DNA from: the human T2T-CHM13v2.0 reference genome, Homo sapiens
Assembly (NCBI RefSeq): GCF_009914755.1
Contig: NC_060936.1
Strand: one strand, 5' to 3'
DNA: 64,000 nt
Shown here: positions 29,118 through 42,956 of the stretch, in pieces
Layout: each line of letters starts with the position of its first letter
Numbering within the stretch: the stretch's first letter is position 1
Program-made: the position numbers and the translations under genes
Notes under the pieces: model-generated
What the model was told of the DNA's origin: nothing
Databases searched by the model: none
Seen by the model: the letters and a program-made list of their open reading frames with translations, nothing else

Positions 29118-31439
29118 CATGAAAAGTTGTTGAATTTTGTCAAATGCTTTGAACTTTTTCATGAATACTCTCAACAAACTAGGAATAGAAAGAAATTACC
29201 TCAACATAATAAAGGCAATATATAAAAATCCCACAGCTAACATAGTACTCAGTGGTGAAAAATTAAAGCTTCAGCTTTAAGAGTGTGAACAAGGCAAAGA
29301 TGCCCACTCTCACCATCTCTGTTTAACCTAGTATTTGAAGTCCTGACCAGAGAACTTAGGCAAGAAAAAGAAATAAAACATCCAGTTGGAAAAGAAGCAG
29401 TAAAATGATCTCTGTGTGCAGATGGCATAATCATATATACAGGAAACTTTAAAGAAAACTGTTAGAACTAATAAACAAATTTAGTAAAGTTGCAGGATAC
29501 AAAATCAACATAAAAAATTAGTTGTGTTTGTACACACTAACAATGGACTATTTGACAAGTCTAACAATGGACCCTTTGACAAGGAGATTAAGAAACAATC
29601 CTACTTATAATAGCACCCAAAAGCATAAAATACCTAGGAATAAACTTAATTAAGCAAGTGAAAGACTTGTACACTGAAAACTATAAAACTTTGATGACAG
29701 AAATTAAAGAAGGCACAAGCAAGTGGAAATACTTCTCATGCTCATGGATTGGAAGAATTCATATCATTAAAGTGTCCATACCATCCAAAGTTACCTGTAT
29801 ATTCAATGCAATCTCTACTAAAATCCTAATGACAATTTTTACAGAAGCAGAAAAAACAAACCTAAAATTTGTGTGGAACGACAAAGGTCCCGAAATAGCC
29901 AAAATAATCTTGAGAAATAAAAACAAGACTGAAACACCACACTTCCTGATTTCAAAATATGTTACAAAGACCCCTTCTTTGAAAATAAAAAAAAAATTAC
30001 AAAGCTGTAGTCATTAAAACAGTATGATACTGAAATAAAGATAGACATATAGACCAATGGAACAAAATAGAAAGCCCTGAAATAAACCCATGCATATGCA
30101 GTGAACTAATCTTTGACAAGGGTGCTAAGAATATGCAATGGAGAAAGGATAGTCTCTTCAACAAATGGTGCTGGCAAAACTATGCAAAATAATGAAATTA
30201 GACCCTTATCTCACACCATACACTAAAAACAACTCAAAATGAATTAGAGACTGAAATATAAGACCTGGAACTGTAAAACTCATAGGCAAAAACATAGGAA
30301 AAAATTTTCAGAACATTGGTCTTGACAATGATTTCTTGGATATGACACTAAAGGCACAGGCAACAAAAGCAAAAATGAACAAGTGGGACTATATCAAAGT
30401 AAAAACTTCTGTACAGCATAGAAAACAATGAGCAGAGTGAAACCACAACCTAGGGAATGGGAGAAATATTTGCAAACCACATATCTGATAATAGGTTCAT
30501 ATCTAAAATACATAAGGAGGGGTGGGGAAAAAATTTTAAAAAATACATGAGGAGCTACAATCCCATAGCAAAACCAAAACAAAACCAAAAGAAATAATCT
30601 TGTTAGAAATGGGCAAAAGGACTTGAATAGACATTTCTCTAATGAAGACATACAAATGACCAATAGGTATATGAAAAGATGCTCAACATCACTAATTATC
30701 AGAGAAATGCAAACCAAAATCACAATATCACCTCATACTTGTTAGACTTGTCATAAAAAATCATAAGATAAGAATTGTTAGTAAGGATATGGAGAAACTG
30801 GAACCCTTGTACACTGTTGGTAGGAATCTAAAGTGGTACAGCTATTGTGAAAAACAGTATGGAGTTTCCTCAAAAAAATAAAAATAGAGTTATAACATGA
30901 TCCAGCAATCTGTGTCTGAGTATTTATAGGAAAGAACTGAAATCAGGATCTTAAAGGGACATTGGCACTCCCATGCTCGTTGCAGCATTATTCACAATAG
31001 CCAAGAGGTAGAAACAACCTAAATATCCACTAATGTATGCATGCATATAGAAAATGTGTATGTAAAGACAATGGAATATTATTCAGCCCTAAAAAAGAAG
31101 GAAACCTTGCAATATGTGACAATGTGAATGAACCTGGAGAACATCATGCTAAGTGAAATAAGCTAGTCACAGAAGGAGAAATACTGTATAATTCCACTTA
31201 TGTGAGGCATCAAAAATAGTCAAACTCATAGGATCAGAAAATTAAAAGGTGGTTGCCAGGGGCTGGGAAAGAAGGAAATGGGAGTTACTGTTAAACAGGT
31301 CTAAAGTTTCAGTTATGCAAGATAAAATAAGTTCTAGAGGTCAGTTGTACATCATGCTTATAGTAACAATACTGTACTATACACTTAAACATTTGTTAGT
31401 AGATCTGATGTCAAATGTTTTTACTGCAATAAAAAAAAA
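29118..31439 (+). mobile_element. 5'-truncated, 5'-inverted L1MB (L1MB1/2-like)
   Basis: ORF2 RT/C-terminal remnants (29658..30017 [11 protein letters not shown]...CSWIGR), L1MB-type 3' UTR, AATAAA + A tail at ~31428-31439, degenerate 16-bp TSD. Confidence 0.85.
29537..29584. repeat. 24-bp tandem duplication in L1MB
   Basis: CTAACAATGGACTATTTGACAAGT / CTAACAATGGACCCTTTGACAAGG. Confidence 0.88.
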
Positions 31440-32039
31440 CTTTACCTAACCAAATGTGCAGTGATTTCTTTAACCATGTTTTCATCAATTTATTCAGCCT
31501 AAGAGTTCAGTTGAAGAAAAATTAAAGTGAAGACAAGAAGAAGAATATTTATCATTCAAATATTTCATTAGAGGATTTTATTTCTTTACACTTTTAGATA
31601 TGCTTTGAGGGAACTGGTAGGAGATGATAAATGGGCTATCTTGTGTATTTTGATATTTTCAATGCTCTTCTAAGATGTCTAGCATATGCTAGCATAAAGG
31701 TCAACGTTTTAGGGGGCATTAATTATTTTTGTATGGTGACATTTATCCATCAAGTTTAATATATAGCATGTTCCAAAATAATATTGAGCTGGCTGTTTTC
31801 CCAGTTTGTAAATATCAAATATCCCCTTAGTCAAAAGCATAAGGATAGAATTAACATAAGAGAAATACCGTCCAGTAATCAGCTAAATCAGAGCTACAGA
31901 ATTAAAAGAATACATATACAATTAAAAAAAAGTCAAGTGTACCAAAAGGTATAAATAAAATATGCCTTGACTTAGATGTGCTGTCTGGCTAGGGTTTAGT
32001 TAGGTTAAGGTTGGCATTAAACTTAAGCTGGAAATACAT

Positions 32040-32250
32040 CTAACACACTACTTAAAATATACCAGGCAATGTTCTAAGCAATTCTCATCTAAGAGAATTG
32101 TTCATTTAAGCCTAACAACAACCCTATGAAGTAGGTACTATTATCTTCATTGTGTAGATAGAAGAACTGAGATACAGCAAAGTTAAGTGATGGGCACAGG
32201 GTCACCTAGCTGATAAGTGTTGAAGCCAAAATTTGAACCCCAGGCAGTTT
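32040..32250 (-). mobile_element. MIR
   Basis: ACAACCCTATGAAGTAGGTACTATTATC...AACTGAGATACAG...GGTCAC...ATTTGAACCCCAGGCAG. Confidence 0.7.
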
Positions 32251-32491
32251 CACACTGGTGCTCATATACACAACCAATAAACAATTTGACCCTGGAAGTG
32301 GGGAGATAACTTTCTGAGGATCTCAGCTCCTGCTACACTCAGGATCTTCAGTAATGCAGTACTAAATAGAGGACTGCTTAGAGGTTAAGGGCAGAGGTTT
32401 CAGAGCCAGTTCCTGTTGCTTAAGTTGCCAGGTAATCGTAGATAGTTTACTTGAATACCTCTGTTTCCTCATCTGTTAAACTGGTCTAATA

Positions 32492-33225
32492 CAGATGCTC
32501 CTTGGCTTATATGATTGAGTTATGTCTTGGTAAACTAATCATAAGTTGAAAATATCATAAATCAAAAATGGATTTAGTACACCTACCAAACATTCTATCT
32601 TAGCCTAGCCTACTTTAAACATGCTCAGAATACTTTTATTAGCCTACAGCTGGGAAAAAAAAAAATCACCTAACACAAAGCCTGTTTTATAAAAAAATTG
32701 AATATCTCATGTAATTTATTGAATATTGTACTGAAAGTGAAAATCAGAATGGTTATATGGGTACTTGCTGTGGTTTGAATGGTCCCTTCCAAGTTCATAT
32801 TGAAATTTAATTTAAATTCTGCCCACGTGAATGGATTAATCCCATCATTGCAGGAGTGCATTGGTTATCACGGGACTGGGCTCCTGATAAAAGGGTGAGT
32901 TAGGCCTCATTTCTCTCTGTCTCACACATTCTCCTGCCCTTCTACCCTTCCACCACATTTTGACACAGCAAGAGGCCCTTCATCAAATGCGGAACAGATG
33001 CTGGCCCCATATTCTTAGACTTCCCAGTCTCCAGAGCTCTGAGCCAAATAAACTTCTGTTCTTTATAAATTACCCAGTCTGTGGCATTCTGTTATAGCAG
33101 TAGAAAATGGATTCAGACAGTACTTGAAGAAGTATGGTTTCTACTGAATGCATATGGCTTTTGCATCACCTTAAAGTCAAAAAATCATAAGTAAGTCAAA
33201 CTATTGTTAAGTTGGAGACTATCTG
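32492..33225. mobile_element. MER47A-like TcMar-Tigger element split by the MST LTR
   Basis: TA|CAGATGCTCCTTGGCTTA...TAAGTTGGAGACTATCTG terminal inverted repeats (TIRs). Confidence 0.8.
32766..33119 (+). mobile_element. Solo MST-family MaLR LTR nested in MER47
   Basis: TGCTGTGGTTTGAAT...AATAAA...CAGACA; 5-bp TSD GTACT (32761-32765, 33120-33124). Confidence 0.85.
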
Positions 33226-33742
33226 AAATTGCATGTAGCTCTTCCCAAAATTTACTATGCATTAGATCCCCAGAATGTTGTGATTCAATAAAACTGTGGC
33301 AGGGCCCAGGCATCTGCATTTTAAATAAGTGCCTCAAGTAATTCTGATATATTCTGTTCTTGAACAGCTTTTGGGAAATACTGAGAGATGAGATCATGCC
33401 TGTGAAATAATGGGCACAATCCTGGCACTTGACTGGTGGGCAGAAGTGCCAGCTCTTGTCTATTTCAGTGTAACACAGACAGACGTAGGAGGGGTCTCAG
33501 ATCTCAGATGATATTGCAGATGAAGGAACGTATTATGCTAGGATGATGACAATGGCATCAACAAAGATGATAATGAAAATAATCAATATTCTAGTATCCT
33601 CTATTTTGGAACAGATATCATAAGCAGGAGAAAAGGAGGTTACCAGTTCCTTTTATTCCCATCCCCAAATCTCCTTAAAAGGACTTAATTAGGTTTGCCT
33701 TCAGGTTTAACAGAAGAGGTTTATTCTAATTTTAAGAGTCTT

Positions 33743-34050
33743 GGCCAGGCTTGGTGGCTCACACCTGTAATCCCAGCACTTTGGGAGGCTGAGGAGGGTG
33801 GATCATGAGGTCAGGAGTTCAAGACCAGCCTGGCCAACATGGCGAAACCCCATCTCTACTAAAAATACAAAAATTAGTCAGGCATGGTGTCAGGTGCCTG
33901 TAATCCCAGCTACTCATGAGGGAGGCTGAGGCAGGAGAATCGCTTGAGCCTGGGAGGCCGAGGTTGCAGTGAGCTAAGATCACGACACTGCACTCCAGCC
34001 TGGGTGACAGAATGAGACTGTCTCTAAAAACACAAAACACAAAAAACAAA
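33743..34050 (+). mobile_element. Alu (AluS)
   Basis: Full dimer; AAGAGTC TSD core on both sides. Confidence 0.95.
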
Positions 34051-36902
34051 AGAGTCCCTTGGCTAATTCTCTTCCCATGTTTCCTTACTTACTGGTTATG
34101 CCAATTTTCTTTACTGGAAATAATCTTTCACTATACAATTCAATGTAAAAAACAAAATATAAATGTCTAGATGAAGTAATGTTTAGTTTGAATATGCTTC
34201 AGCAAAATGTCATTAGCCATTCAACAAGTTCATATACCTCCTTAATAAATCCTTCCTTGTTTTAATAGAGCAAAGTAGTGAGGGAAACTTATGGTACCTA
34301 AAACAAGGGAGGGAAATCCACGAGGATGGGGAAGTGGAGTAAGGTGCAAAAAAGCACTGAATATGGAATACTAATCTATGTCTAGCTTTAATTGACTTTG
34401 TTCTTTTAGTTGGTCTGGTGCCCGTTAGAGCTCTGAAGGGTAATTTGTCATACAACTGCAAATACAGGCATCTGTTTTGCATAGTTTATGAACTTTAATT
34501 AAACACAATGTTTATTCAATTTTCTTAAACTCAGTTTTTAATGGAGGCAGGGTTATATTGTAGTGTAATGTCCGGGCCACAGAAATCTAGTCTTAAAATA
34601 GGCCCATAACCTATCTTATCATAACTAAATGTTGTGGATATGCTTCAATGTAACAACTTTTACACTACCAACAAAATACCTTAAAGTAGAAAATTTATAA
34701 AGCGTGCTCCATTCCCTTAATATATGTTAGAAATCATGGTGCATAAACATAAGTTGGAAGCGTTCAGGGACTGTAGCTTGGATTTTGGTGTAAAGCAAAA
34801 GGAAGGCTCCATGCCCCTGAAGGAAGGTACAGCATGAAGTTTGAAATTAGACTCACTGGGTGTGGGGTTTGTGTGACCTCCTGAAAATCACTTAACATCT
34901 CTGAACCTCAGATTCATAATGATGAGTCATGAGAATGGAATAAAATAATGCATGTAAAATGTCTATTACAATGTCTGGTGCATAACACAGAGACATTCAA
35001 GATGCAGTAGCTCTTATTGCAATTCCTTAAATGTTTATTATATTTTCCCTGCCTTAGAATCTCAATTTGCATGTGCTCAGAAAATTATTGTATATTTAAA
35101 AAGCTAACTCTGTTTTAGTTTCCAAAATTTTGTGTGTAAGGTGATTTGTGGTATTTAAATATATATAACAAATGCCATAGTCAGCACTTATCTGATTTTC
35201 AGCCTTAGAATCACTTAGAAAATGACCTGATGCTTGAAAGTGCAGCAGGCATTTTGTAACCGTGAGACCATACACATGAGAACAAAAGATACCTAATAAT
35301 AGTGGAACAAAAAGACTGAGAGAGCCTGGGATTCTGATGGAATTATTAAGCCATTATTTTAGTGCTGGACTGCTTATCTCTGCACATCTTGTTATATTAG
35401 AAGAGTAAACCTCTATTTGTTTAAGTAACTATAGCTTAATTTCTGATACTTGCAGATAAATGCATTCCAGTCAATTAATAAAGACTAAACAATCCTGAAT
35501 GAGATAAGGAGAGCACCTGAGACAGATGAATCAGCTGACAGAATGGGAGTATGCTTGTCACTAAATAGAATCTAGGATCATTAAAACTCATGGGAGTGGA
35601 GTGGCCAGAGGATCTTGTAAGAAGGATAACATCCAGCATTCAGTGCTTTAGTAGCCAGAGGCTGCTAAATTCAATGCATTTAATGCTTTAGTGGCCGGAG
35701 TCTCTGGTAAGAACTGTGTTATGTTCTTAGACTTTGCAATGCAGGATTGTTTTTAGTAAAGTGTATTAATCTTATTAATATTTTGTGAGTGGAATCTTGT
35801 AGAAATTAGAGAAGGGTTAAATTTTTCATCTGGATCAAAAAGTACATAACAGAGGCAGCACATGTGGAAGTAGGAGTCGCAAGGTCAATTTGAATTTAGG
35901 AACATAAGTTCATGTGAAATTCACAGATACTTTGGGGTGAGCTCTAGGCTTGCAGGTTGTGGCATCCAGGGTTGGAGTTTGAACCAATTTTGCTTGGGTA
36001 TTTGGGGTTGGAAGGCTTCTGGCTGCATTTGATTTGTATATCTTTAATCCAATGACTTTACAGTAAATTGGTCAAATCAAAGAATCCTAATAGTATACCT
36101 TTACCACTAATATATCAGAATGCTTTAAAACACATTTTGTTTTTCCTCTTGTAAATAGAGGAAAATCTGAACATAAAATGGTGAATTGATTCTTGTGAGT
36201 CATACTACATAAAAATATAAACAACAAAGGATGCCATTTGTGCTAGATACTATATGTTAGTTCAGATAACCTGTGTTCCATCCTTTCTTCCAAGAGGGGA
36301 GGTTGAAAAGTGAAAACTACATTTCCTAGATTCCCTTGCAGCTAGGGCTTTGGATATAAATTCAATTTTGCCAATTAATGTACCAGATAGAGATTTGAAT
36401 CAAGTCTTATGAATCTTAAGAATTTCAGTGAATCTGATGAAGACATTTTTGTTATATACCATATTTCTTGGACTAGTTATTTTTAAAGGTTATTTTAATA
36501 TATCTCAATTATGAAGCAATGAAGGAATTATTGCCCCTGAACACTCTGGAAGCTAGAGAATGAACACTAGAATTACTCTACTTTCAAGGCTCCTATCTCC
36601 ACATTCAGAATAATATTATATCAGAAGTTACAATGCGTTACGCATGTATTTTTAACTAGTCTTTTGATTTCTGCTTTATAGGTGAGGACAGTTAGGCTCA
36701 GACCTATGAGAAACTTACTGAAGGTCACACAGCTAGATGCTAGTTACAAAATTTAAACCCAGGGCTTAACACTCTTCATGTTCCTGTTTCATAAACACAA
36801 ACACGAGATATGTAAGTGAACAAAGCAGAACAGAGTTCCTGACCATTCAGTGCTTACATTCTATGGGGGAAGATGAAATAAATAAATGAATATAAGTGCT
36901 AG

Positions 36903-37575
<673 letters not shown>

Positions 37576-37620
37576 CTAGGAAGGAAAATCATGGTGAAGA
37601 GGCTGCAAAAGGACTAGGCA

Positions 37621-37622
<2 letters not shown>

Positions 37623-37674
<52 letters not shown>
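37623..37674. repeat. (GT)~26 microsatellite
   Basis: Uninterrupted dinucleotide run. Confidence 0.98.
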
Positions 37675-37676
<2 letters not shown>

Positions 37677-38096
37677 TATGAGGTGGCAAGGAAGGGCTTC
37701 CTTAACAAGGTATCACTTCAGCAGAGAACTGAAGGCAGTGAGGGAATGAGCAATGTACACATCAGGGCAACAGCGTTCAAAGCAGAAGGGAAAGCCCAGT
37801 GGGGAGAGAATGTTCACTGTGTGGTTCCGAGAGATAGAAAATGTGAACACTATGAAAGCATACGCTTTCTTAGTTGTCTGATTTCTCCCCTTTAATTTTA
37901 GAATTATTTTCTCTTTTCTTATCTCTACCATAATCCAACCCTAACAAAGTTGAAAAATTATTTTATATCATCTTTATATATATTTAAAATTTCCTGGGCA
38001 TCAGTGACCTACAATTGCATTAGTTACTTGGTCTTCCTTTCACAGTAAAACAGAAAAGTAGTCTAGAGATGTCACAGCCAGAATGTCAATTAAACA

Positions 38097-38545
38097 TGTA
38101 TTAGATTCCTAGAGCTGCTGTAACAAGTTGCCACCAACTGTGTGACATGAAACAACAGAAATTTATTCTCTAATAGTTCTGGCAGCCAAAAATCTGAAAT
38201 CAAGGTGTCAGCAGAACCACGCTCCCCCTGAAGTTTCTAGGAAAGAGTCTTTCCTTGTCTCTTCCTAGCTTCCCATGCCTGCTGGCATCCTTGGCATTCT
38301 TTGGCTTTGGGAGCATCACTCCAGTCTCTGCCTGTGTCATCACATGGTCTTCCTTCAAGTGTGTCTCTTCTGTGTCTCCAAATCTCCTTCTTCTTATAAA
38401 AACACGTGTTGTTGCATTTAGGGCCCACGCTAATTGAGTATAACCTCATGTTAACTTGGTTACATCTGCAAAGACCCTATTACTAAATAAGGTCACTCAC
38501 ATTTATAGGTTCCAGGGGACATGAAGGTGGGGAACTCTATTTAAT
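38097..38545 (-). mobile_element. MLT1 (B/C-like) MaLR LTR
   Basis: TGTATTAG...GCTGCTGTAACAAG...AAACAACAGAAATTTATTCTC...GAAATCAAGGTGTCAGCAG. Confidence 0.8.
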
Positions 38546-38684
38546 ACAGGAGGGAAATCTCAAGTATAAACTGCCTTTCAGTTAAATGGAAATTCAATTC
38601 TATTCAACCCAATACAGGAGGGAAATTCTATTCAACCCAATACAGGAGGGAAATCTTAAACTGCCTTTCAGTTAAATGGAAATT
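38543..38684. repeat. Complex local direct duplication containing a 28-bp perfect tandem
   Basis: AATTCTATTCAACCCAATACAGGAGGGA x2 (38596-38651), flanked by two copies of TAAACTGCCTTTCAGTTAAATGGAAATT. Confidence 0.93.
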
Positions 38685-38750
38685 ATCTTTTTCATCCCAT
38701 CCCCAGCCTCAAACACATAAATTGATTCACTTAAAGTCTTTCGTCTATAG

Positions 38751-38951
38751 CAAGAGTCAGCAAACTTTTTCCATACAGGGCCAGATAGTAAATATCTTAG
38801 ATCTTGGGGGCCTTTAACTCTGCTGTTGAAGTGTGAAAGCAGCCACAGACAATACGTACACACATGAGCAAGGCTGTTTTCTAATAAAACTTTATTTGCA
38901 AAACAGGCTGCAGGCTAGATTTGGCTTTGGGCTTCAGTTTGCCAACTCCTG
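38751..38951. mobile_element. MER58A-like hAT MITE
   Basis: TIRs CAAGAGTCAGCAAAC / GTTTGCCAACTCCTG; internal GGGCCAGATAGTAAATAT. Confidence 0.8.
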
Positions 38952-40011
38952 ATGTATACTACTGAGAAATTGCTTAAAAAAAAAAAGAAATACATACAGC
39001 TACCTAAATTCCTCTGAACTTTAGTAAAGAGTCCAGTAAAACTTTGGTTTAATTGTAGATCAGAAGAACATGAAATGTATAACTTTTCCAAGAAATTAAA
39101 TTTACTGATTTGAATAACTCTTGCCTTTCCTTTTCTATCTCAGCTATTGAAGAGCACTAAAATGGGAGAAAAGAGAAAGGAGAAGTTTAGGTGTGCCAGG
39201 CATATTGGAGTTAAAGTGCTAGCTGAATATTACTGTGAACAGAATGTGGTTTGTAGCATTTTACAATGAAATAAACGTTGAAGTCATTCCAGGAAATACT
39301 GTAACAGTCATACGGGGTAAGCAAGTAGTGCCAATTTAGTCAAGTAAAAATAGTGCACTGGAGTACAATTTAATATGTTATGGAAGATATTCATGAACTT
39401 GGAAGTCTGGTTGTGACCATGACATTAGACCCCAGAGAAACCTAAGGGACTTGACTCAATACTTGAAAAGATGGAAAAGAGCAGGATTGCCTTCATGAAT
39501 AATCAGCACTCCTATTGATTGCGCTATCTAGTACATTATAAGAAATACTGACACAAAACAAAGTAGAGATACTTAAACAGCATTCAACAATGAGAATGGT
39601 ACTTTACCTTTGGAGAATGACACACCACTGAATGGCCTGAAGTGAGATGGCACTAGTGGGATATGTGTAAGGGGAAGGCAGCAGAAAGGGGAGAAATCCA
39701 TGATTTAACCCTCCTTGCCTACTCTGCAGACTGCTATAAAACTATGGTACCCCAAGAGTCTAGCAAAAAGTGGAATTTAGGAGAAAGGAAGTCTTCAAGA
39801 TCCAGGGACATTCTCCTCATGGCAGCAGCAGCCTCAGTGAGGGGATGTATGCCCCTTTGAGATCATCTTTTTGTCTGGCTGATCCTGAGACTCTCGTGAG
39901 GACAAATGAAGACAGATGGCAGCTTTACATACATCCTCATTTCAAAGTGATGTAGAGTATATAGATGATATCATTGCCAGGTCTGATTTAGAAAATTCAA
40001 ATGGGGCTATT

Positions 40012-40335
40012 TTCTCTCTCTTTCTCTCTGTCTCTCTGTCTCTCTCTCTTTTTGAGTCAAGGTTTCACTTGGTCGCCCAGGCTGGAGGGCAGTGGTGTGA
40101 TCATGGCTCACTGCAGCCTCAACCTCCTAAGCTCAAGTGATCCTCCCACTTCAGCCTCCCCAGTAGCTGGAACTACAGGTGCATACCTCCACACCTGGTT
40201 AATTTTTGTATTTTTGGTAGAGATGGGGTTTCGCCATGTTGTCCAGGCCAGTCTCGAGCCCCTGGGCTCAAGCAATCTTCCCACCTCAGCCTCCCAAAGT
40301 GATGGGATTACAGGTGTGAACCACTGTGCCTGACC
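40012..40335 (-). mobile_element. Alu (AluJ) with tail converted to (TC)n
   Basis: J-type diagnostics; degenerate TSD AAATGGGGCTATTTTCT / AGATGAGGCTATTCTCT. Confidence 0.93.
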
Positions 40336-42365
40336 AGATGAGGCTATTCTCTAGTGGTAGACATTACTTGTCAGTGGAGCTGAGAGTTCTTCTCACTCCA
40401 TGGAATATGCTAGCTGGCTTGTGAAAATATTTTCCATCTGGGCTTCCTCCCACTGATAAGTAATGTGAGCCTTGAACTGAATATATGTGATTAGTGCTTG
40501 GGGCTGAGAATAAAGTCATTACTTGTGTATTAGAACTGGAAGTATGCATCAGAACATGGAAAAAGGCAAATAATCTTGCTCTTAGTGTTCGATTAGTAAA
40601 ATGACACAGATAACTCATGATGAATGAATATGTTAAAGAGAAGTGCAAAAGTATCATAGGAAGAATGACAAGGACTGGAAATCTAATCGAATCCAGATGG
40701 AATGTGATAAAAAGTGGTTCCCTAATTATTGTTACTGTTACATCTGGAGGACTACTCTTGGAACAAGAAGGATAGGAGAAGTAAGTCAGAGACAAGAAGG
40801 AAGACTGAAGAATAAGGAACTGTGTGGGTATCACCAGCTCAGCCCATTAGCAAGGGTAGGAGCATTCCCACCCATAGGCTGGCATACTGACATAGCATTA
40901 CTGTTATGAAATCTATTAATTGTGCTAAGTACTTTATGTCATAACATCATTCAATCCTGGCAAAACCTCAGGTGATTATTATCATCCCCACATTACACTT
41001 GGGTTGGCCATGCCTCAGCAAGGTTAAATGATATAACTGCTACCTTACAGCTAGTCAGTGGCAGAGCCGGGGCTTCAGCCAAGTTTGTCTGAAATGAAAG
41101 AGCATGCCCTTGGCTCCTTGTTCTATTGCCTGTTACATACGTTTCCCTCCTGGAGGTGGGATATTGGGCCATCACTGATTGATCCCACTAGCATTTCACA
41201 CCATTCAACTCACATATTTGGCTTTTTACTCTGCACTTGTCAGCTGTATTGGTTGGGGTAGATCAAACTGCTGTACCAAATAAACCCAAAAGCTTAATGC
41301 CTCAAACACAACAGAAGATGTCACACGTTTAGTACAGTAGTACAGTGCCCACCCCAATAAATATTAGCTATTTATTATTACATACCTGGCACACTTTCCT
41401 AAAGATACCTCTGTGACACAAACATTATCCTCATTGTACAGAGGAGAAAACTGAGGTCCCACAGCAAGTAAATGGCAGAGCCCTGGAATCCCAAACCCAT
41501 GCTCCTAACCACTAAACAATCCCTTCTCATGTTAAGTGGGGGAAATAATTGGCTTCTGGCATGAGAGAACTGAGCTCTTTACACTCTGTTTAAATGTTTT
41601 CCATGTTAATTAGATCTAAAATGTAACTGTCAGAATTATTCTCCATTTTTCCGTCCAACCTGGGTCTGAAGAAAGGCAGTCTGCCTTCAGTTAGTTGTAT
41701 GGCACCAACAGCCTGCTGGCAAACAGTATGTGCAAATACTTGCTGACACAGACCAAAAGTTTGAACTTGAATAACTTTATTTCAAGAGAAGACTTTTAAA
41801 AATACTTCCCTTTAGAGAGTAACCACAAGACAAGGTTATACTTTAAGAAAACAAGTTGAAGTAGAGAAGATAGTTTTTTAAAAATATTATTTTACTTTTT
41901 ATAAGTCAGAAACCATATGGAATTTCCACTCTTGCCTAGCTCGTAAATGACTTCACCTGGTTTTCTTGAAACTTGACCCTCCAAACTCCAAACTCAGCAA
42001 AGTCTAAAGATGAGTTGGTATCTGGAATTGATATTCTACAGGCCAGTCTCTTACACAGGGCAAGTTGTTCAGGAAGGAAGGGAGACTTAAAGATAGGGAG
42101 GAATGAGACATCCTTTTCAGCCATCGCATTTTGACCTGATCTTACCTCTCAAAGCCCTAATGTTTCTATTTCTGGACTAGAAAAGTACTTCTCTTGTCAT
42201 TTGCTTTTGATATTTTTCGAGGAAATGAGGACAATTAGTATACTCTTCTAGGAGCATTTTTATACCATGATCTATATATACAAAGCAGGCGATTGAACAG
42301 AAACATAGGGGCACCTTGGGCATCTGATTACTTGGTGCCCTTTGGTTTAATATTTTTAGATATTT

Positions 42366-42673
42366 GGCAGGGTGTGGTGGCTCACGCCTATAATCCCAGC
42401 ATTTTGGGAGGCCAAGGCAGGTGGGTCACTTGAGCTCAGGAGTTCGAAACCAGCCTAGGCAACATGGCGAAACCCTGTCTCTACAAAAAAATACAAAAAA
42501 TTAGCCAGGTGTGGTGGCAGCACCTGTGGTCCCAGCTACTTGAGAGGCTGAGACAGGAGGATCACTTGAGCCGGAAGGGGACAGGGGACAGAGTTTTAGT
42601 GAGCCAAGATCGCACCACTGTACTCCAGCCTGGGTGACAGAGCGAGACTCTGTCTCAAACAACAATAACAACA
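42366..42673 (+). mobile_element. Alu (AluJ)
   Basis: GGAGGATCACTTGAGCC J-type right arm; (AAC)n tail. Confidence 0.92.
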
Positions 42674-42956
42674 ATGTTTTTAGGTATTTATTAAATGTTT
42701 ATTTAATGGTGGTGTGGTTGTGACTAAAAGGAGTAATTTCTGTTTTTTATGTAGTAATAATTTCTACTTTCCCAGAAGCAGGAGCAACGTACATTTTCCT
42801 AGTTACAAAAGATAGCTGTGGAAAGTAGAGGTAGTTGGTATATATTTCGTCTCTCTCTCTCACACACATATATGTTCCTGCAATACTTGGGTGAATCTTT
42901 GTGGATTTGTTGAGCTAGCCTGATGCTCAATCTGGCTCTGAATGCCAGGTTTCCCT

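Noticed and set aside
38543-38684. 28-bp repeats superficially CRISPR-like (also 55271-55344)
   Set aside because: No unique spacers, no cas genes, and a mammalian context; these are local duplications.
40364-40834. 156-aa minus-strand ORF
   Set aside because: No recognisable homology or exon context, and not unexpected by chance in 64 kb.
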